Assembly (NCBI GenBank): GCA_964291315.2 | Contig: OZ219750.1 | Span: 192,001-256,000 of the forward strand | Origin: Candidatus Poribacteria bacterium | GTDB lineage: Bacteria > Poribacteria > WGA-4E > WGA-3G | Length of the DNA stretch: 64,000 nucleotides | Direction of reading: 5' to 3' | In this document: piece by piece, positions 26,553 to 36,194 of the stretch | How the letters are laid out: each line of letters opens with the position of its first letter | Numbering within the stretch: position 1 is the first letter of the stretch | Made by a program: the position numbers and the translations under genes | The notes under the pieces: model-generated | Told to the model about the DNA's origin: nothing | Database searches by the model: none | The model's input: only the letters and a program-made list of their open reading frames with translations

Positions 26553-28294
26553 TATGGTATCCACATATAAAACATTTTAGAACCAGTTCGACTAGTTTAC
26601 ACTACGTTTTTTTTCTCTGCATTTTTGTGATTGCAGCTGTGCCTCGCTTGTTATCTCTAGAGTCCCACTGGTCCAGTGATGAAGCGCGGTGGCTCAACCG
26701 AAGCGAAACGTTCATGTCCGCTGTTAAACACGGTGAGTTCTCTGAAACCTTCATTACGCACCACCCCGGTGTCATAACAATGTGGCTTGCGGGGCTCCGT
26801 ACCTTTTTTGCATCCGCTAACTTGGATGTGCGCAACCTCGCGCGGGCTCGTTTTTTTATAGGCATTGTTGTCTGGATAGGGATCGGTGCGGCCTGTCTTG
26901 CTCTATGCCGGCTTTTCGGACAGTGGATAGCCCTTGCTAGTTTCGTTTGTCTCGCGTTATCTCCGCTCTTTTTGGCGCAGACGCGTCGTGTTCACACGGA
27001 TGCCCTTGCCACTATTTTTATTTTGCTCACGATGTTGCTGTTTCTACTCTATTGTCAAAACCGGCACCGACACCGTTATATTGTCTTTTCAGGTATCACC
27101 TATGGGCTCGCTCTAATTGCTAAAAGTTACGCCCTCATTCTCGTACCATGGATACCGATGTGTTTATTTTTATTTCCAGATCCGTCCAAGTCCTCGTGGA
27201 ATAAGAAAAACCTCATTGTCCTTCTCTGCTTCGCGAGTTCTGCCGTTCTCTCGGTATTAATAGTGTGGCCCATTTTCTGGGCCCCTTCTTTCGCCATCCT
27301 GATTGCATGTTTATTAGGCAGCATCACATCAATGTTAAAGGTCCTCAAATCGGAAAAAACGGACCTAAAAAGCCTCCCCTTTTTTGCAGGGGCTATAGTT
27401 TTGTGTGCTGTGAGCATACGCACCCTACAAACCTTATGGGACGTTTTTGATAAAGTGGGATGGGCTGTCAGAACACCCCACGAGGTAGATCATTTCTTTT
27501 TGGGGAAGGTTGTGGATGATCCCGGTTGGCTTTTCTATCCATTTGTACTTATGATCAAAAGTACACCGCTAATGCTACCCTTGGCACTTGTCGGATGCGT
27601 CCTACTTTGGAAACAACGACAGTCCGAGAAGACGATCCGACAGCTTCGGATAGCACTTGCACTCGTTGCGGGCGTTATGCTTTTCACATTGTGCCTCTCA
27701 ATCACGAGCAAAAAGTTCAGTCGCTACCTCTTACCCGCCTTTGCGATGTTAGAGATACTCGCTGCGATCGGATTTGTAGAGGGGCTCAAATCGAGTTACG
27801 CTGCACTACGTTCCCGTTTTGGTACCGCGGTAGCTGCGAAATACAAGACAGTACTTGCTGTTATTGCCTGCTCTGTTTTCTGTTTTATTCAGGTTTTCCC
27901 CGTGATGTCGCTTCATCCGTATTACGGCACTTACTATAACCTCTGTTGGAAAGTGACCGACATTACCAAGTTTATCACGGTGGGGGAAGCCTCTGGGTTA
28001 GATATCGCAGCGAAATATCTGAACAAAACAGAATTGGAAAGACCCTTGCGCGTACAAGTCTCTCCATTATCGGCTCAATTTTTTATTCGCTATTTTAATG
28101 GATTGGTCAGAACTCCTGACAGAACAGGCGGCCCCGACCCAGATTATGAAGTCGTCTACATTCGAGACTCACAGATAGGACTGGTTCCGCAGTCCGGTAA
28201 CCTCAATGGTGAACTGGAAGCCGTCATCACTCTCAACGGCATTGACCATGTTTGGATTTACCGTATCCTGCCCCCCGAGGAAGTCCTCGATTGA
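26549..28294 (+). CDS. GT-C fold glycosyltransferase (GT39/ArnT/PMT-like)
   Basis: 'SDE' after TM1, HHPG, 'SPLFLAQTRRVHTDAL', 'ALIAKSYA', 'KKFSRYLLPA'; many TM helices. Confidence 0.85.
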   Translation: MIWYPHIKHFRTSSTSLHYVFFLCIFVIAAVPRLLSLESHWSSDEARWLNRSETFMSAVKHGEFSETFITHHPGVITMWLAGLRTFFASANLDVRNLARARFFIGIVVWIGIGAACLALCRLFGQWIALASFVCLALSPLFLAQTRRVHTDALATIFILLTMLLFLLYCQNRHRHRYIVFSGITYGLALIAKSYALILVPWIPMCLFLFPDPSKSSWNKKNLIVLLCFASSAVLSVLIVWPIFWAPSFAILIACLLGSITSMLKVLKSEKTDLKSLPFFAGAIVLCAVSIRTLQTLWDVFDKVGWAVRTPHEVDHFFLGKVVDDPGWLFYPFVLMIKSTPLMLPLALVGCVLLWKQRQSEKTIRQLRIALALVAGVMLFTLCLSITSKKFSRYLLPAFAMLEILAAIGFVEGLKSSYAALRSRFGTAVAAKYKTVLAVIACSVFCFIQVFPVMSLHPYYGTYYNLCWKVTDITKFITVGEASGLDIAAKYLNKTELERPLRVQVSPLSAQFFIRYFNGLVRTPDRTGGPDPDYEVVYIRDSQIGLVPQSGNLNGELEAVITLNGIDHVWIYRILPPEEVLD

Positions 28295-29244
28295 TACCGA
28301 AAATAAGGCAGCTTGCAGGCTACTTGGTTGCTGGGTTACTCTTGTGTTTTCTCATTAAACCCTTTGTGCAAACACAGACAACTCTAAAATATACCTCATT
28401 TCAGTTACATTGGCATTGGCTCATTCCGGCCTTTGGTCTCCATATCCTTTACAGGATCTACTATACCGTCCCGTTCGCAACTTTGCTGCGCTGTCTGATG
28501 CAAAAACCGGTCTCTTTTCGGGATGCCTTTACGCTTTTCCATCTTGCCAACATCACGCGTTATCTTCCCGGTCGGATCTGGGGCGTTGTGAGACTGTTGT
28601 CTTTAAGCGAACAGTTCAGGTTGAGCAAAACTGCAGTCGGCAGTAGCCTGACGCTACACGTTGGCGTGGAGACCGCACTCGGTGGACTGATTGCGCTGTC
28701 CCTGCTGTTTTCAAAACAGATGCAAGACACCGCAACACAAGTGCTTGATTCGTTTTCAGGACAGACAGTGTTTTTGATGGTCGCCGGAATAGGACTCATG
28801 ATGGGCATCCTGTTTTGCATCCCGAAACTTGCAGCCCGCGCCGGGCAGTTTCTAAAAAAATGCTCACTCCTTCTGAAAAATACTCTCCTATGGAGGATCG
28901 TGCTAACTAGCCACATCGGTCTCTGGATATGTCAGGGGCTCGCTTTTTTCTTATTCGTCCGAAGTTTCGCGCTTGTGCGCTGGGCGGATGTGTGGGGTCT
29001 TGCAGCTTGTTTTGCGTTTGCATGGATTATCGGTTTCTTCAGTTTTCTCACACCCGGGGGCTTAGGGGTCCGAGAGGGATTGTTAGGGTTGCTGTTGGCA
29101 AATTATCTGCCGACCTATCAGGCAACGCTTGTCGCTTTGCTCTGTCGTCTCTGCATGTTATCTGCCGAGGTTCTCTTGGCCGGCACGGCTTGGGGACTTC
29201 ACAAGCGACGTTATAAAAGAAACAATCAGGGGCAGGATTTCTGA
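28291..29244 (+). CDS. Lysylphosphatidylglycerol-synthase TM / flippase-like domain protein
   Basis: 'RYLPGRIWG', 'TPGGLGVREG', 'VALLCRL'; TTG start overlaps the GT stop. Confidence 0.85.
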   Translation: MIPKIRQLAGYLVAGLLLCFLIKPFVQTQTTLKYTSFQLHWHWLIPAFGLHILYRIYYTVPFATLLRCLMQKPVSFRDAFTLFHLANITRYLPGRIWGVVRLLSLSEQFRLSKTAVGSSLTLHVGVETALGGLIALSLLFSKQMQDTATQVLDSFSGQTVFLMVAGIGLMMGILFCIPKLAARAGQFLKKCSLLLKNTLLWRIVLTSHIGLWICQGLAFFLFVRSFALVRWADVWGLAACFAFAWIIGFFSFLTPGGLGVREGLLGLLLANYLPTYQATLVALLCRLCMLSAEVLLAGTAWGLHKRRYKRNNQGQDF

Positions 29245-29463
29245 TGGGTGCCGAGGTAATACAGAAAACATCTTTATATCAAATGGGTTCTCCTTTTGAA
29301 CCAAACGTTCGGGAGGAAGGAGACTTCTATAGACCCGTCAGTTATCAATACATCCTAACGTTCCAACCTTTCATTCGTTTGAGCAGTTTTTTCTAGGTAG
29401 ATTTATCTCTACGACCACACTCCCCTGTGATGCGTGTGTGAATTAAAATCAGATTGATTTTGC

Positions 29464-29492
29464 TTGACCTATTTTTCAAAACCGGTTAGATT
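29464..29492 (+). promoter_or_regulatory. Sigma70-like promoter
   Basis: TTGACC-N17-TAGATT, followed by a GATACACCT...AGGTGTATC hairpin at ~29514-29546. Confidence 0.45.
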
Positions 29493-29639
29493 GGTTATGA
29501 AATGCTGCAATCGGATACACCTGGGATTAGAAAACCGAGGTGTATCATTATTTTAGAAAAACTCGGAAAAAGTTTGGGACAGATTAGGGCGAGGCTTTCA
29601 TAAAACTGGCCCTCACAGACAAAGAGAAGGAAACTTGCT

Positions 29640-30191
29640 GTGTCAGGAAACCAATTCCCTGTTGACCGTTTTAAGAAAATCTACAAATTTTATTTCCTCA
29701 GGAAAATCATAGTCCAAGCCGTTCTTTACGCGTTCGGATTTACGGGGCATCTATTAACGAGTTTGATTATGGCAGGAACAATACAACTGGATCCTGATTC
29801 CAGTATCGGCAGGCTTCTCAGAAGTTGGATGCGCGAGTCTATCATCGTTTTTGGTTCAACAGTATCTGGCGGTTTATTTACCTTCGGCGCGATCTGTGCA
29901 GGCATTTTTTCTGTAGGGGCATTATCTCTTGGTATTATCGCAATAGGGGCATTATCTCTTGGTGTTATTGCTATGGGTGCTATGCCTCTTGGTGTTATTG
30001 CAATTGGTCCGGTTTCTGTTGGTATTATTGCTATTGGGGAGTGCCCCTATGGTCTCTATACCTTATCTATCACAGGAAAGGGCAAAGGCAAATATGTCTT
30101 CACCCCGGAGCGCCAAGATACCCGAGCAGTAGCCCTGTTTACACGCTTGCTTCCAAAGTTCAAGACGTTGTTTGTTGAGACAAAATCTTAG
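29640..30191 (+). CDS. Membrane protein with Gly-periodic hydrophobic repeats
   Basis: GIFSVGALSLGIIAIGALSLGVIAMGAMPLGVIAIGPVSVGIIAIG (Gly every 5 residues). Confidence 0.7.
   Translation: MSGNQFPVDRFKKIYKFYFLRKIIVQAVLYAFGFTGHLLTSLIMAGTIQLDPDSSIGRLLRSWMRESIIVFGSTVSGGLFTFGAICAGIFSVGALSLGIIAIGALSLGVIAMGAMPLGVIAIGPVSVGIIAIGECPYGLYTLSITGKGKGKYVFTPERQDTRAVALFTRLLPKFKTLFVETKS
29917..30039 (+). repeat. 30-bp coding tandem repeat (~4 units)
   Basis: GGGGCATTATCTCTTGGTATTATCGCAATA / GGGGCATTATCTCTTGGTGTTATTGCTATG / two more diverged units. Confidence 0.8.
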
Positions 30192-30349
30192 TGTTACTCC
30201 TTTTTTCTATATCTGTTCTATAAAGTAATTCGTTATAGTACGTATATGTGAGGTAGACGGTTTTTATTTCCCTATCTTCTTCTCCAACACGAGAGAAATA
30301 ACTTTCCTTACATGTTTTTTGTAAGTGGATAACTGAGGAGACAAGCTAT

Positions 30350-30649
30350 ATGAAAGAAACAAAATCCCTCGGAAAAAGACTTGTTGCGGAGCATCGAGCA
30401 AAAGTACGGCGAGACATCAAACAATACGTCCTTGCAGCACTTGTTAGAACTGTCGTCGGACTGAGTATCGGGTTCACCGTGAGCGATTTCTGGTCATTAC
30501 TCATAGACAAGTGTTCCGCTTGTGGTGAACTCGGTTCAGAAAAAGAGCACAAGGAATTAGGTAGTCTTGTAGCTCCCAATTATTATGTGTGTCAACCGCG
30601 GCCTCCGATATATAGACCCGCACCCCCGAGCCCTTATCTTGACAGATAA
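30350..30649 (+). CDS. Small membrane-anchored CxxC/His protein (99 aa), copy 2
   Basis: 97/99 aa identical to 25518-25817; GAGGAG RBS. Confidence 0.75.
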   Translation: MKETKSLGKRLVAEHRAKVRRDIKQYVLAALVRTVVGLSIGFTVSDFWSLLIDKCSACGELGSEKEHKELGSLVAPNYYVCQPRPPIYRPAPPSPYLDR

Positions 30650-30869
30650 ACCTAACTTTTTGAGTGCAACTCAGGGAGATCCCCTCTAACTGAGGTATTC
30701 AGGCTTATGTCAAGCCGTATAAAGATTGTTACAGCATGGCACAAATATAGGTATATGTGATGTGACAACTTGGTGGAGTTCCCTCCAAAATTTCATCCGG
30801 ATCGCGTTGTAGAAAACATTTAGTATGTTAATTCGCCAGAATTTAATTACATACGTGGGCAAGGAAACC

Positions 30870-31862
30870 ATGAAATTTAAACATTTACATCTATTGATTT
30901 TGTTAGGCATCAGTTTTGGGACACTATGTGCAAGCAGCCGCCTTACATCGGCTAAAGCTCCTGAAACGCCTAAAATTACGTTCGTATCGCACAAACAAAC
31001 GGATATCTATATTATGAACCCTGACGGAAGTGATAAGCTCAACCTAACCCGGCACGTTTCGCGTAATAGTGACCCTGTATGGTCCCCGGACGGAGAGCAC
31101 ATCCTATTCAGTTCCGATCGACGTGATCGCGTCTGGGATCTCTTTTTAATGGATGCAAGTGGCGAGAATATACAAAAAGTCTTCAAAGACACAGCAGTCA
31201 GAAGAAACCCTACCTGGTCCCCTAATGGGCGAAGGATTGCTTATTGGCGAGAAAACGAACAGGCCATCTACACTGCGACTATAAATGGAGCGGAAGAACA
31301 ACGCTTAGCACCTACTGGAGAAGACGGCGGCTATCCTAAGTGGTCCCCAAACGGCGTAGAGATAGCCTATATTTTTCACCGAAAAGCACCGGTAGGGACT
31401 CAGGAAATTCGTATCGTCAACTTACAAACTAATGTTCAGCGGACGTTTCTTCCGGAAAAACCATTACTGATGTATGCAGTTGCTTGGTCGCCAAGGGGAG
31501 ACGAACTCGCTTTTCACTGGATTAATTTGGATATATGGAAGAATCCAGCATTGCTTTTGGGTGGTTTCTGGCCCAAGTCTGCTATCTACATTGCTCGTCA
31601 CGACGGTAGCGATTTACGGAAAATTGTTTCAGGTCCTGGTCTAAGTTTAAGAACGCTGGCCTGGTCTCCCGACGCGGCGGAACTTCTTTATACCAGAACA
31701 GGACAACTCTTCAAAATCAATTTGAACACGCGATCAGAGATACAGCTCACAGCTAATGAGGGCATCAGCTCTAGTGCAGATTGGTTTGATCCTGAGGCGT
31801 TGTCTGTTCAGCTTCAAGCGGAATTGTTAACAACACTTTGGGGCGGAATCAAACAGCAATAG
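30870..31862 (+). CDS. Secreted TolB-like (PD40 repeat) beta-propeller protein
   Basis: Signal peptide; repeated P.WSPDG/WSPNG; C-terminal SVQLQAELLTTLWGGIKQQ; ATG 30870 follows AAGGA. Confidence 0.88.
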   Translation: MKFKHLHLLILLGISFGTLCASSRLTSAKAPETPKITFVSHKQTDIYIMNPDGSDKLNLTRHVSRNSDPVWSPDGEHILFSSDRRDRVWDLFLMDASGENIQKVFKDTAVRRNPTWSPNGRRIAYWRENEQAIYTATINGAEEQRLAPTGEDGGYPKWSPNGVEIAYIFHRKAPVGTQEIRIVNLQTNVQRTFLPEKPLLMYAVAWSPRGDELAFHWINLDIWKNPALLLGGFWPKSAIYIARHDGSDLRKIVSGPGLSLRTLAWSPDAAELLYTRTGQLFKINLNTRSEIQLTANEGISSSADWFDPEALSVQLQAELLTTLWGGIKQQ

Positions 31863-32141
31863 TATGCTTTTATGGAGACATCACCGGCGAGGCATCTGGT
31901 TTTATTTTTAATGGAGCCAATGAACGATCTTGGACCTCTCGTCGGTTTTAATGCGGGGCATCATATACCACAAAAAGAGTTATCAAGATTTCCACCTCTT
32001 TTGTATGTGTGTTTTGATAGTATATGAGCACAATGGTTGCAATCACTGTGATAACTAGCATACGATTCAGTTCAAATACAGTAACGGTTGGGAAAGTTAA
32101 CGAGCAGCGAAAGATCGTTATAGTGTTTGTAAGCATCCGTA

Positions 32142-32720
32142 TTATCTCCATTGTTCTGTTGAGTTGTTCTTTACCCCACATAACTCTTCAATTGCGTTAG
32201 TACCTGCTTTAAAGTTGGGATATGTAGACAACATCTCGCTGAAGGTATCCAAGTCTTCAGGGGCATCATTGAGTTGAATCAATTTCCGCAAGGCTTGCAG
32301 AAAGACAGGAAGCTCTCTTGTGAGCTCTACCGCATCCGCCTCAAACTCCATCCGATGCCAGACGCATCAGACCAAACTGCACAAAGAAAGCCATCACACC
32401 CACCAACACAAGCCAATACAGCTACAGCGGGATACCCGGGAAAACCTAAAAGAAACATATTCAGACGTGCCAACAACAAGTGACCGAACAATACAAGCAA
32501 CCTGCTTGAGCAGATGCCGATGCTTCAGATGGCCTAACTCATGCGCGAAAATCACCACTATCTCGTCTGAACGCAGATGATCCAACAGATAATCTGTCAC
32601 AAATACCGAATGCCACTGCGGGACAATACCGGTAACCTAGGCATTCGCCAACTTGTGGTTTCTGGTTTGTAGTCTAGTGATATTTCGGTAATCTATGTCT
32701 GCTTTTTCTGCAGGTTGGTA
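32142..32720 (-). pseudogene. M48 (HtpX/Ste24-type) metallopeptidase remnant
   Basis: ANA*VTGIVPQWHSVFVTDYLLDHLRSDEIVVIFAHELGHLKHRH (in-frame TAG), then frameshifted EFEADA...LQALRKL...STYP. Confidence 0.8.
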
Positions 32721-32730
32721 CAGTCATTTG

Positions 32731-32880
32731 CTGAGTGTGCTATATTTGCTGCCGCATTCTCCGGGTCTCAATCCGATTGAACACGCCTTCGGGAATATAA
32801 AGAGACATTGGCAATACAATCATAATCAAACTGTGGAAGATATGATACCGATGTATAAATAATTAAGGAATACACTATGT
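32731..32880 (+). mobile_element. IS630-family transposase C-terminal remnant
   Basis: LYLLPHSPGLNPIEHAFGNIK matches the IS630 LPPYSPDLNPIE motif; stop at 32862 followed by a probable right end. Confidence 0.75.
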
Positions 32881-32884
32881 GAGA

Positions 32885-33971
32885 GGAATTCTACAGTTAT
32901 TAATGGTATGGTAATGAATAGGAGGAATTGTGTTTTATTACGTTTCTTTTCACATCGGATAGCGCCTCGTATCTTATTGAGTGTTGGATGTCACCAATGC
33001 TCGGATAACGTTAGAAATCTCATACCTGAAGTCTTGAGGGTGGGCGGCGGCCCTCGTTCGATCAGATGTCTTATGGCGGCTTTTGTGTATTGAATACCTA
33101 TTCTCTACGCAGCAGGCATTTATCGGGCCTCCGTTATCGGGGATCACAGAAAATAACGTTCAAAAATTCAGATATTTTATTTTTTTAGACCGGAATGCAC
33201 GTTTTCTGCTTAAAACTTCGGCTTTAATAATAAAGGGTAAGAGCTTTACAAACGCTTAATTTTCATAAGGTTGCACGGTTGATTAAACCCAATACGAGTG
33301 CATGCATAATTTAATTCTTCTATTAGGAGGTAGTTTCGTGGAGAGAGAAGACGATGTTCAATTGATCTGCAGAACTCTATCGGGGGATGAGGCTGCGTTT
33401 GGTCTCTTGATCGAGAAGTATCGAAAACGTATTCACGCCCTTGCCTATCGGAAGATAAACGATTTCCACTATGCGGAAGAGATCGTGCAAGACAGCTTCC
33501 TTACGGCATACCAAAAACTGCCGACCCTCAAGGATCCGAGTAAATTTTCAGGGTGGATTCATACTATCGCCAATTGGCTTTGTATTGATTGGATACGAAA
33601 ACAGAATCGGCTGTCAGAGCAAAAACTTACGATACAGTCGCTAGAGGACACATGCATGGAAGAAATTGAGGAATCTTCTTATGCCGATTATATATCGGAA
33701 CGGCAGATAGCAGAGGAATCTGAGTATTGCTATCAACTTGTAGAGAAACTATTGGAAAAATTACCAGAAAAAGAACGGACGGTTGTAACGCTCTATTATC
33801 TTGACGAGATGTCAACGAAAGAGATTGGAAAATTCCTGGGGGTGTCGGTGAATACAATTACAAGCCGACTCCAACGAGCACGGAAACGCTTACAAAACGA
33901 TCAGGAGTTCTTCGGTCATTTACAACTATCAGATAATCTGAGGGAGGATATTATGAGTCAATTAGATCAAC
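32885..33971 (+). repeat. Diverged duplication, copy 2 (upstream element plus ECF sigma domain)
   Basis: Colinear with 23427-24519. Confidence 0.9.
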
Positions 33972-35041
33972 TTCGCAACACGTTCGATTCATTCATCGGA
34001 CAAGTAAAGACTGATCCCGCATCAAGAGAGGATATTCTTAAAGAGGCAGGCAAACAGATTGAAGGTGCACTTGAGGGTGAAATCACACCGGATTTGGTTC
34101 ATTTTGCTGTAGATGATATATACCCGTATATGGGCAAACTGGGAATGGAAAACAGCCTATCTCTACTCCATAAGTATATGAACGGTGTTTTAGATGATAA
34201 GGAGCGTTTTTGGACGCATAACAATTTAGTCAACACCCTTGCTTATCTTGGCAAAGATAGGGAGTCTATTGAGGAGCAGCTGCGCCTTTATTGTTGGGCA
34301 TGCAAGCAGTCAGAAAGATATGTGTTACGGGTTGTGTGCAACCTGAGCAATGCTGGTTGTTGGGCGGCGGAAGCTCGTGTTGATGATTGGATTCAAATTT
34401 ATGAGAAGGCTTCTGAACGTTTAGAGAGTCCTGAAGTGAGTCAGTACAGCCGTTGCGATTTTCTGCAAATCGGAGCAGAGATATTGCGAAGGAACGACCG
34501 GATAGACGCGGCGCTTCTCGAAATAGAAAAGTTAGAACGTGCTAATGGTGAGCCTGGTTGGAGGTCTTATTTTAGATTCTGGTTGGCTGTGAGAACGAAT
34601 CGACTTCTGTTGTATAGCAAGCACGAAGATCGGTTCCGTTTCGATCAAGTTTGGATGGACACAAGGACGTTTATCGAAGGGGAAGTACAAAAACGGAATG
34701 CTGGTTATCCGGTAAATGTTTCCGACCTTGTTTGGGCTGCTCACAATGTTGGCTGTTGTCTGGTATGGACGAAAAAGTATAGCGAAGCGAAACGTATGCT
34801 ACAAATCGCTGTCGATTTGGAAAATGACAATCACTATGGTTACTTCCAGCTTGCTGTGAGCATCTGGGCATCTGAGAAAGATCGAGAGAGAACCCTACAC
34901 TACTTAAAGGTGGCTCAGGACACTTATGTGGTTAGTTCCTATAATTATCGGGATTCGTACTATCCGTTTTTCCTTGAGACCACTGAATTTTCGGATGTAA
35001 AAGATGATCCAGAATTCCTGAGGGCCCTGGGACAGAAGTAA
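33338..35041 (+). CDS. ECF sigma-70 factor fused to a C-terminal helical/TPR-like domain
   Basis: AGGAGG RBS before GTG; sigma regions 2 and 4; TPR-like helices (HNVGCCLVWTKKYSEAKRMLQIAV) ending in FSDVKDDPEF. Confidence 0.88.
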   Translation: MEREDDVQLICRTLSGDEAAFGLLIEKYRKRIHALAYRKINDFHYAEEIVQDSFLTAYQKLPTLKDPSKFSGWIHTIANWLCIDWIRKQNRLSEQKLTIQSLEDTCMEEIEESSYADYISERQIAEESEYCYQLVEKLLEKLPEKERTVVTLYYLDEMSTKEIGKFLGVSVNTITSRLQRARKRLQNDQEFFGHLQLSDNLREDIMSQLDQLRNTFDSFIGQVKTDPASREDILKEAGKQIEGALEGEITPDLVHFAVDDIYPYMGKLGMENSLSLLHKYMNGVLDDKERFWTHNNLVNTLAYLGKDRESIEEQLRLYCWACKQSERYVLRVVCNLSNAGCWAAEARVDDWIQIYEKASERLESPEVSQYSRCDFLQIGAEILRRNDRIDAALLEIEKLERANGEPGWRSYFRFWLAVRTNRLLLYSKHEDRFRFDQVWMDTRTFIEGEVQKRNAGYPVNVSDLVWAAHNVGCCLVWTKKYSEAKRMLQIAVDLENDNHYGYFQLAVSIWASEKDRERTLHYLKVAQDTYVVSSYNYRDSYYPFFLETTEFSDVKDDPEFLRALGQK

Positions 35042-35084
35042 GTTGTGCTAATTCAGGTAATTGTAGCGTGATCTTGATAGAAAT

Positions 35085-35429
35085 TTAGGTTTTAGGGCTG
35101 CAGGGTCCTGTATGTCCGTGAGGCGCTCCCATCTGAAAAGTCGCGATGCGCTTGTTATCACCGCCGCGCCCTCTGGGGGCATCCACAAAGGAGATACCAA
35201 TACCTGCACTGAGCCTTGCAGAGAGGTTCTCTAACAATTCCAAGACTTCTTGTTGCAACCGTACAAAACGGGAATAACTCAGAAGTTCTAGAAATGCCGC
35301 AGCCCAATAGACCCAGACGTGCCGAAGATAGAAGTACTTAAATGTGCTATACCCGCTTTGATGGAAGGCGATGAGTATTGTCAGCGCCTCGCTCGGATGT
35401 AGTCTCCGCGGCCGCGCCTTTCTGAACAT
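35085..35429 (-). mobile_element. IS982-family transposase remnant
   Basis: RPRRLHPSEALTILIAFHQSGYSTFKYFY...LLSYSRFV...GISFVD...NKRI matches the IS982 N-terminal half; truncated. Confidence 0.8.
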
Positions 35430-35568
35430 ATGAGAAAACTCTTTTTCCGAAAAGTACAAGAGTATTATTATATCAAAAAGTTTCTCTTTAGACAAAGAAA
35501 ACACGAAGCTATTTATCAAGCTCACATTATTGTAAGTGGTTTTATCCAAAAAATAAAAGGGGCATTCT

Positions 35569-35856
35569 ATGTACCTTAACTATAGTATGTCACAACAAAC
35601 TGCCAACGTCATCGCATGTTGTATTCTTATCGTTGGTATTGCAGGTTGCTTCCTTTTAGACATGTATATAGGTCGTTGCAGGGGGCCATGCGGAAGACTC
35701 AGCATCAAAACGGCTCACGAAAGAGAGTGTAGGGCTGGACACAATTACTACTCATGTGCCCCTCCGGATCAAGTGCGACAACATGTGAACTGTTCACCGT
35801 GGCAGGATGACTTGGGAGGAAACAGCATTCTTAAACCGCCCATTAATGACAGATAG
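35569..35856 (+). CDS. Small membrane-anchored Cys/His protein (95 aa)
   Basis: TM helix then CRGPCG...H...C..GHNYYSC...H..C; similar to ORFs at 25066 and 25518. Confidence 0.7.
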   Translation: MYLNYSMSQQTANVIACCILIVGIAGCFLLDMYIGRCRGPCGRLSIKTAHERECRAGHNYYSCAPPDQVRQHVNCSPWQDDLGGNSILKPPINDR

Positions 35857-35862
35857 TCAGTC

Positions 35863-36072
35863 GAATACACGCTGTTTCAACGCTTCAAAAGGCTCACGCA
35901 AGGCGTGACGACGTTGTTAATCTCCCATAGGTTCTCTACGGTGCGCATGGCTGACCGGATACTCGTCTTGGAGAACGGGACCATTATCGAGGAAGGCAGC
36001 CACGAAGAACTCATGAACAAAGCAGGGCGATACGCCACATTATATCGACTGCAATCTGAAAAATACCAATAA
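35863..36072 (+). pseudogene. C-terminal fragment of an ABC exporter ATPase
   Basis: Manual translation [69 protein letters not shown]; no Walker A/B part upstream. Confidence 0.85.
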
Positions 36073-36194
36073 CAGGCGTTTGAAAACGTTTCCTATCGAA
36101 CGGACGCATGCGGCTCTTTTCTGTCTTTGTCTGCTGCGGTGTACAATAGGACCGACGCCGGGTTTCCAGCGTCTCCCCTTAACAGAGCGTGCTT

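Noticed and set aside
29917-30039. 30-bp repeats as CRISPR
   Set aside because: Contiguous units without spacers, in frame within a CDS.
31948-32181. 77-aa hydrophobic ORF after the M48 remnant
   Set aside because: Possibly another decayed membrane gene, but no family motif to support a call.
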